A DNA stretch of 63,297 nucleotides, counting the filler, from Thraustochytrium aureum (Eukaryota): assembly GCA_012862495.1 (NCBI GenBank). It is 5 parts of 2 records of this genome, joined end to end, with 100 filler letters (N's around TTAATTAATTAA, not from the genome) between each part and the next. Parts side by side here need not be neighbours in the genome. Positions count along the whole stretch, not along the records: positions 48,186 to 60,449 come from BLSG01000377.1; positions 60,550 to 63,297 come from BLSG01000378.1; 3 more parts are not named here. One strand, written 5' to 3'. Shown one piece after another: positions 57,735 to 63,297 of the stretch (position 1 is its first letter; each line of letters opens with the position of its first letter). Made by a program: the position numbers and the translations under genes. The notes beneath the pieces are model-generated. The model searched no databases. It saw nothing but the letters and a program-made list of their open reading frames with translations, and had not been told where the DNA came from.

Positions 57735-60361
57735 CTAGAGGCTCTGCGGGAAGCCGCTGACGGTGGCCTGCTCGACCACGTTGTTTCCGCCGATCGTGTA
57801 GGTGATCTTGACCTTCATGACAATGGCCTTGCTGCCCTGCATGCTGTTGACCAGGTTGATGCGCTGCTGTACCTGCCCAGACCCGAAGGGCGCCAGGGTG
57901 TTGCCGGTAGGCGGCTCCATCTTCAGACTGATGAATTTTGGCACCGCCGCTTGAAACATAAAGTTGGTGATCTCCTCCGGGTTGCTGTTCGAGTACGTCG
58001 CGGTTGCAATGACCTGCTTGTCGCCCGGGCCGCGCTGAAACTCATGGTAATCGACAAACCGCTCTTGTTGAACGCGCTCAGAGGAGGAAACGACTCTTGC
58101 GCCGCCGGCCCGCCCCCGCCTCCGCCGCCAAACATGCCAAGGAGGTCGTCGCCTCCGGACATGGCCGCCATCTGCGGCTGTGGCGCCGCCGCAGCGGTGT
58201 CCCCGCCGAAAATGCCTGCCAGCAGGTCCATCTGGTTGCCGCCCGCGGCAGGAGCTGCCGGGGCCGCTTGAGCGGCTTGGGGGGCCGGTGCAGCGGGGCC
58301 GCCGCCAAAAATGTCGTCCAAGTCCAACAGGTTGGAGGAGGCCCCGCTTGCCGGCGCCCCGAGCGAGACACCGCCAGCGGGCTTTTGCTTGCTCTTTGCT
58401 TTCTTCTTTTTCTTGCGGCGATCGTCGCTGTTGTCGCTATCCTCATCGCTGTCCTCCCCTTCGTCCTCGTCCTCGCTGCTGTCCTCGTTGTCGTCGTCAG
58501 AGTCCAGGAAGGCCTCAGCCCCGTCATCGTCGTTCATCTGCACGTTGGCGGTAACGCGGCGCAGAGCCATCTCTTCATCGGTGGGGACAGGCATCTGCGC
58601 CAGCCACGACTCGCGCGTCCCGGGCTCGTACGGGCCGGAAATGAGCTCCGAGTACTCGCACGAGCGAGCTTGAAGCTCGAGCGACATGCTCTTGCTGTAC
58701 GTCTGCAGCAGCTGCTGCAGGCGAGGGCCCGACTCAACGAAGCGAGTCGAAAGCTTGACGTAGGCGCTGAGGGTCATCGCTTTGGTGTTTGGCGTGCTGT
58801 CGTGGCGGCGGCGGGTGGCCTCGAGCAGGTCGAGGACCTCGCCCTCGCCCACTGGCTCGTACGAGGTGGACTCGTTCTCGAACACCGGGGCGGGCGCAAA
58901 CAAGAGGTGCGCAAACTCGCCCAGAGTCCAGGTCGCCGTGTAGACCAGGCCGGTCTGCGACGCATCCTCCTTGAGTGCAGCGTAGAGGCGGTGGACGACT
59001 TGCGGCCGGAACGCTTCGCTTTCGGGCTGGCCGATGAGCGCCACCAGGGTCTGCCAGACGTGGTCGGCGGCGTGGCCCCCTGCGATGCAGAGCATGGAGA
59101 TGAGGGTGTGGATGTGCCACTGTTTGCTTGGCGCAAACTTTAGCGCACAAGACGCGAGTCGCGATGTCAGGTCCTTCTTCTGCTCTGCCCCGGCCACGAC
59201 CAGATAGTTGAGGATTTCTTTGGAGAGCGCCTCGATGCTGTTGTGGGAGATGAGCGCGAAAACGAGGTCGATGGCGCGCACGCGGATCGAGACGTCAGAG
59301 TCGCGCAGACAGTCCACAATCGTGTCGCGGTGCCGCTGCACGGCTACCTTGTCGACGGCCACCACCTTGCCGAGCATGTGCAGGGCCACGTAGCGGATGT
59401 TGTTGTCGCGGTTTTGCAGGAAGCGGCCCAGGATGTTGATCGCGAGCACGCGCAGCCCGTCCTCGCAGTCGATCGAAAAGATTGTGCGCACGCACTCGTA
59501 CAGGATAGAGTTGCCCGAGTTGCGGTTCCCTTCGGTGTTGGTGGCCACCTGCGCCAGGATGTCGTTCATCGCTTCCGAGGCGGCCGGGTGGCCCGCCCCC
59601 AGAACGCCGAGCAGGCGGAGGATCTGCACGTGAAGGAACGGGTCCGTGATGCCGTTCACGTCGTACTCGGGCGCGTACCCGCTCAGCACGAGGTTCTTGA
59701 GCACTTTGACCAATTGCGGGACGTTTTTGCGGCACTTCTTCATGAACGAGGGGTGGTTGGAGGCCACTTCGAGCAGGGCGGTCGTGGCGGTCAGGAGCAC
59801 CGCGTGGTTGCGGTCCTGCAGCAAGTTCGAGATCACGGGGACAAAGTCCTCCACCATGTCCGGGACCTTTTGGAAGACTTGGACCGCGCAGAGGGCCCCC
59901 TTCTTGCGCACGTGCGCGTTGGTGTCAGAGAGGAGCTTGAGCACCTGGCCGGAGAGGTCCCGGAGCATGTCCGGGTTGCTGATGTTCCCGAGCGCGGCCA
60001 GCGCAAGGCCCTGAATGTACACCTTGCGATGCGAGAGGTCGCTCGACAGCGAGTTGGTCACCAGCGTCAGCACCTCGCTGGTCTCCTCGACCAGGATGGC
60101 TAGCGCCAGGTAGCCTATCCGCTTGTCGAGGAACCGCGGGCTCGCGATCAGCTTGAGCGCTTCCATCTGCCCAAAGTGCGACGGGTAGCCGAGCATGTGC
60201 ACAAACAGCAGCTTGGCCACATTCCTGTGCCTGAACGTGTTATCCTCCTCCTTGAACGAGGTCCGGATCAGCGCGCACTCCTTCGCAATCACCGCGCGCT
60301 CCTCCGCGGATGTCTTGCACGCCCTCACGTTCCGGATCAGGTCCCGCAGTTTGATGCTCAT
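57735..60361 (-). CDS. AP1G1: AP-1 complex subunit gamma (gamma-adaptin); indel near 58030
   Basis: MSIKLRDLIRNVRACKTSAEERAVIAKECALIRTSF..HMLGYPSHFGQME..YAPEYDVNGITDPFL. Hinge NLLDLDD. Ear domain FQAAVPKFISLKMEP in the shifted frame. Confidence 0.96.
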
Positions 60362-60449
60362 CTTGCCGCCGGCCCCAACCGCCTCGTCGCGCGGCCGCGC
60401 CCCCTGCCGCCCGGATTCGACCGAGCCAGCCGCGCCGCGCGCGCCCGCA

Positions 60450-60549
60450 NNNNNNNNNNNNNNNNNNNNNNNNNNNNNNNNNNNNNNNNNNNNTTAATTA
60501 ATTAANNNNNNNNNNNNNNNNNNNNNNNNNNNNNNNNNNNNNNNNNNNN
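60450..60549. other. Artificial contig linker 44N-TTAATTAATTAA-44N
   Basis: 12-mer at 60494-60505 within an N run. Confidence 0.95.
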
Positions 60550-60550
60550 G

Positions 60551-60599
60551 CGGCAGAAACCTCAACCCCCGCAGACGGCAGAAACCTCAACCCCCGCAG
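60551..60599. repeat. 25-bp unit x2 at contig start (cggcagaaacctcaacccccgcaga)
   Basis: Copies at 60551 and 60576. Confidence 0.7.
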
Positions 60600-61720
60600 C
60601 GCGCAACACCCTGCGGCGTTCGACGACAAGGTGCGCGCTGAAAGGGGCGGATCATCATGACCGCGAAAGCCCCGACCGTCTGCAAGTCCAGGCCAACGCC
60701 AATCTCGAGCGATGACACTCGCTCCAAGGAGGATTGCTCGCTCGTGCAGTGCCTCGCATCAGGTCGCCCGCGTGGGCGGCCACGGACAACGCAGGCCGAG
60801 TGCCCAGCGAGTGGTCTACCGTTCAGGTTCAGGCATGTCATGTTGCTAAGTGAGGAGGGAGGTAAGAAGGTAGCGAGCTGCGTAGGCTGCGAGTTCAACG
60901 AGCTGCGCAGTCGGCAGCGCGGACAGATGAAATCGCGCGGCCGCTGCAGGACCGGCGGCAGCGAGAGGCTCTGGCCAAGGAGGGTCGGATCCTCCTCGCC
61001 CAGGCCGCCTGCAGGACCGGGAGGCTCTGGCCGGCTGCCACCGAGCGCCCCAACGAGCAAGCGAAACCCGACACCACCGCATTTCACACCACAGCGCTGC
61101 CTCATTCCTGTGCGCTCTGCCACCGTCCCTCCGCCGTGCCCTGTACTCTCTCCCTCCCCGATTNNNNNNNNNNNNNNNNNNNNNNNNNNNNNNNNNNNNN
61201 NNNNNNNNNNNNNNNNNNNNNNNNNNNNNNNNNNNNNNNNNNNNNNNNNNNNNNNNNNNNNNNNNNNNNNNNNNNNNNNNNNNNNNNNNNNNNNNNNNNN
61301 NNNNNNNNNNNNNNNNNNNNNNNNNNNNNNNNNNNNNNNNNNNNNNNNNNNNNNNNNNNNNNNNNNNNNNNNNNNNNNNNNNNNNNNNNNNNNNNNNNNN
61401 NNNNNNNNNNNNNNNNNNNNNNNNNNNNNNNNNNNNNNNNNNNNNNNNNNNNNNNNNNNNNNNNNNNNNNNNNNNNNNNNNNNNNNNNNNNNNNNNNNNN
61501 NNNNNNNNNNNNNNNNNNNNNNNNNNNNNNNNNNNNNNNNNNNNNNNNNNNNNNNNNNNNNNNNNNNNNNNNNNNNNNNNNNNNNNNNNNNNNNNNNNCA
61601 GCCGAAGGAGCAGCGGCGGTCGGCGACGGAGAGGCTGCGAGGGCAAGTCGGCGGGCGGAAAGCAGGGCAGCGGGGCCGCTCGGACCGGTCTGGCGCGTCG
61701 ACGCACGAAGAGATAGCAGG

Positions 61721-63297
61721 ATGCTGAGCAAACTGGCGGTGCGGTCCGCGGGCGTCGCCCAGCGGTCGCGCGGCGCTGTGGCGCTCTCCAGCGCGCATGG
61801 ACGGCGCGGGATGGCGTACAAGGTGCCAATGCGCGAGATCCAGTTCCTGCTGAACGAGGTCCACGACTCGGAGAAGCACTATGCCAGCCTGGAAAAGTCG
61901 GGCGGCACCGAGGCAACCCCCGACCTCGTGCAGATGGTGCTCGACGAGAGCGCCAAGCTCAGCGAGAACGAGCTGGCTGCTGCCAACGAGGATGGCGACC
62001 GCATCGGCTGCAAGCTCGAGAACGGCAAGGTCACTGTGCCCGAGTCCTTCTCGCGGTGCTACGACCTCTGGAACGAGGCCGGCTGGCAGGGCCTCTCGTT
62101 CCCGACGCAGTACGGCGGCCAGGGCATGCCCCAGTCTCTGGCACTCATCCAGTCCGAGATGACGGCCACCGCCAACTGGACCTGGACCATGTTCCCCGGT
62201 CTCAGCAAGGGCGCGATCAACACCCCTCCTGAGCCATGGCGACGAGAAGCTCAAGGCCAAGTACCTCGAGCGCATGATCTCCGGCGAGTTCACCGGCACA
62301 ATGTGCCTCACCGAGCCCCACTGCGGCTCGGACCTCGCGCAAGTGGCCACCAAGGCTGTCCCAATCGGGGACGGCAAGTACCAGATCACCGGCACCAAGA
62401 TCTTCATCTCGTGCGGAGACCACAACCTCAACACGTCAAACATCCTGCACTGCGTGCTGGCGCGTCTCCCGGACGCGCCCGAGGGCATCAAGGGCATCAG
62501 CCTCTTCGCCGTCCCCAAGTTCAAGATGGCCGAGGATGGCTCTGTCACGGACCAGTTCAACAACGTCAACATTGGCCGCATCGAGGACAAGATGGGCTGC
62601 CACGGCTCGCCCACGTGCGAGATCAACTTTGAGGCGGCCGAGGGTGAGCTCATCGGCGTGCCCAACAAGGGCATGCGCCAGATGTTTACCTTCATCAACA
62701 CCAGCCGCATGGGCACGGCCATCCAGGGCCTCGCCGCCATCGAGTCGTCGTACCAGAACGCTCTCGCATATGCCAAGGACCGCCTTGCCATGCGCTCGCT
62801 CAGTGGTACCAAGAACCCGAAGGGCCCCGCGGACCCGATCATCGTGCACCCCGCTGTGCGCTCGCTCCTCCTGACGCAAAAGGTCTTCGCCGAGGGCGGC
62901 CGTGCCATGGTGTACGACTGCGCTCTCCTCGCGGACCAGATGCACGAGGCCGAGGCCCGCGGCGACACCAAGCGTGCCGGCGACCTCGATGACCGCCTGG
63001 GTTTCCTGACCCCGATTCTCAAGGGCTTCCTCACCGAGGTGGGCCTCGAGGCCGCCAACATTGGCATCCAGGTCTACGGCGGCCATGGGTACATCAAGTC
63101 GAACGGCCAGGAGCAGATCACGCGCGACGTGCGCATTGCTAGCGTGTGGGAGGGCACCACCCAGATCCAGGCCCTCGACTTGCTCGGCCGCAAGGTGCTC
63201 ATGCAAAAGCTCAAGCCAATCAACCAGCACCTCGGGGGGGCTTTACAAGCTTGCCTACGCCAACATCACCGCCCCGAAGAGCACGTCGAAACGGCAG
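61721..63297 (+). CDS. Acyl-CoA dehydrogenase, bacterial long-form (DmdC/FadE5-like), with mitochondrial presequence; indel near 62225; 3' end runs off the window
   Basis: MLSKLAVRSAG..RRGMAYKVPMREIQFLLNEV..EAGWQGL..YGGQGMP, then GTMCLTEPHCGSDL, YQITGTKIFISCGDH, LARLPDAPEGIKGISLF, IEDKMGCHGSPTC, IQVYGGHGYI, RDVRIASVWEGTTQIQALDLLGRK. Confidence 0.92.

Noticed and set aside
60657..61163. Cys-containing plus-strand ORF at contig start
   Set aside because: No recognisable family or metal-binding spacing, and truncated by a gap.
11500..62230. About ten frameshifts in conserved genes (near 11505, 20130, 25650, 38231, 40158, 42575, 47967, 52641, 58030, 62225), suggesting programmed frameshifting, RNA editing or pseudogenes
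   Set aside because: Both +1 and -1 events occur, mostly at short homopolymers, with no shared slippery motif, and they hit essential genes (DDX23, AP1G1). Pyrosequencing-type indel errors explain them best.
60587..63067. 826-aa minus-strand ORF and other long antisense or N-spanning ORFs in the track
   Set aside because: These are shadows of GC-rich codon usage on the opposite strand, or read-through of N gaps.

Overview
GC-rich, gene-dense, intron-poor eukaryotic nuclear DNA. The gene content and short GT-AG introns with (G/A)CTGAC branch points suggest a heterotrophic stramenopile, possibly a thraustochytrid/labyrinthulomycete (inference only). The window is a draft pseudomolecule of five pieces joined by artificial 44N-TTAATTAATTAA-44N linkers (21184, 36638, 48130, 60494). 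It has many internal N gaps and about ten single-base indels, mostly at homopolymers, that split otherwise intact genes. About 28 protein-coding genes are supportable. Recognisable housekeeping genes are UEV1/MMS2, PHF5A, Ran, NAA10, DDX23/PRP28, AP-1 gamma adaptin, DHCR24, a TRF4-like poly(A) polymerase, a TBCK-like protein, a GRIP golgin, MATE and PILS transporters, a CRAL-TRIO protein and a PKD2-like channel. The top candidate for an undescribed system is at 2036-2903: an IsdG/HmoA-type heme-degrading monooxygenase domain fused to a MAPR (PGRMC1/Dap1-like) cytochrome-b5 heme-binding domain and ending in the peroxisomal signal SKL. The fusion is hidden by a false assembly gap. Other notable items are a protein with at least 5 tandem SOD-like domains lacking zinc ligands, a TPR-clamp/METTL21-type methyltransferase fusion, a bacterial-type D-aminoacylase ending in PTS1-like ARL, a LEA protein with an apparent mitochondrial presequence and a protein with histone-tail-like motifs. 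No rRNA, tRNA, CRISPR array or transposon was recognised.
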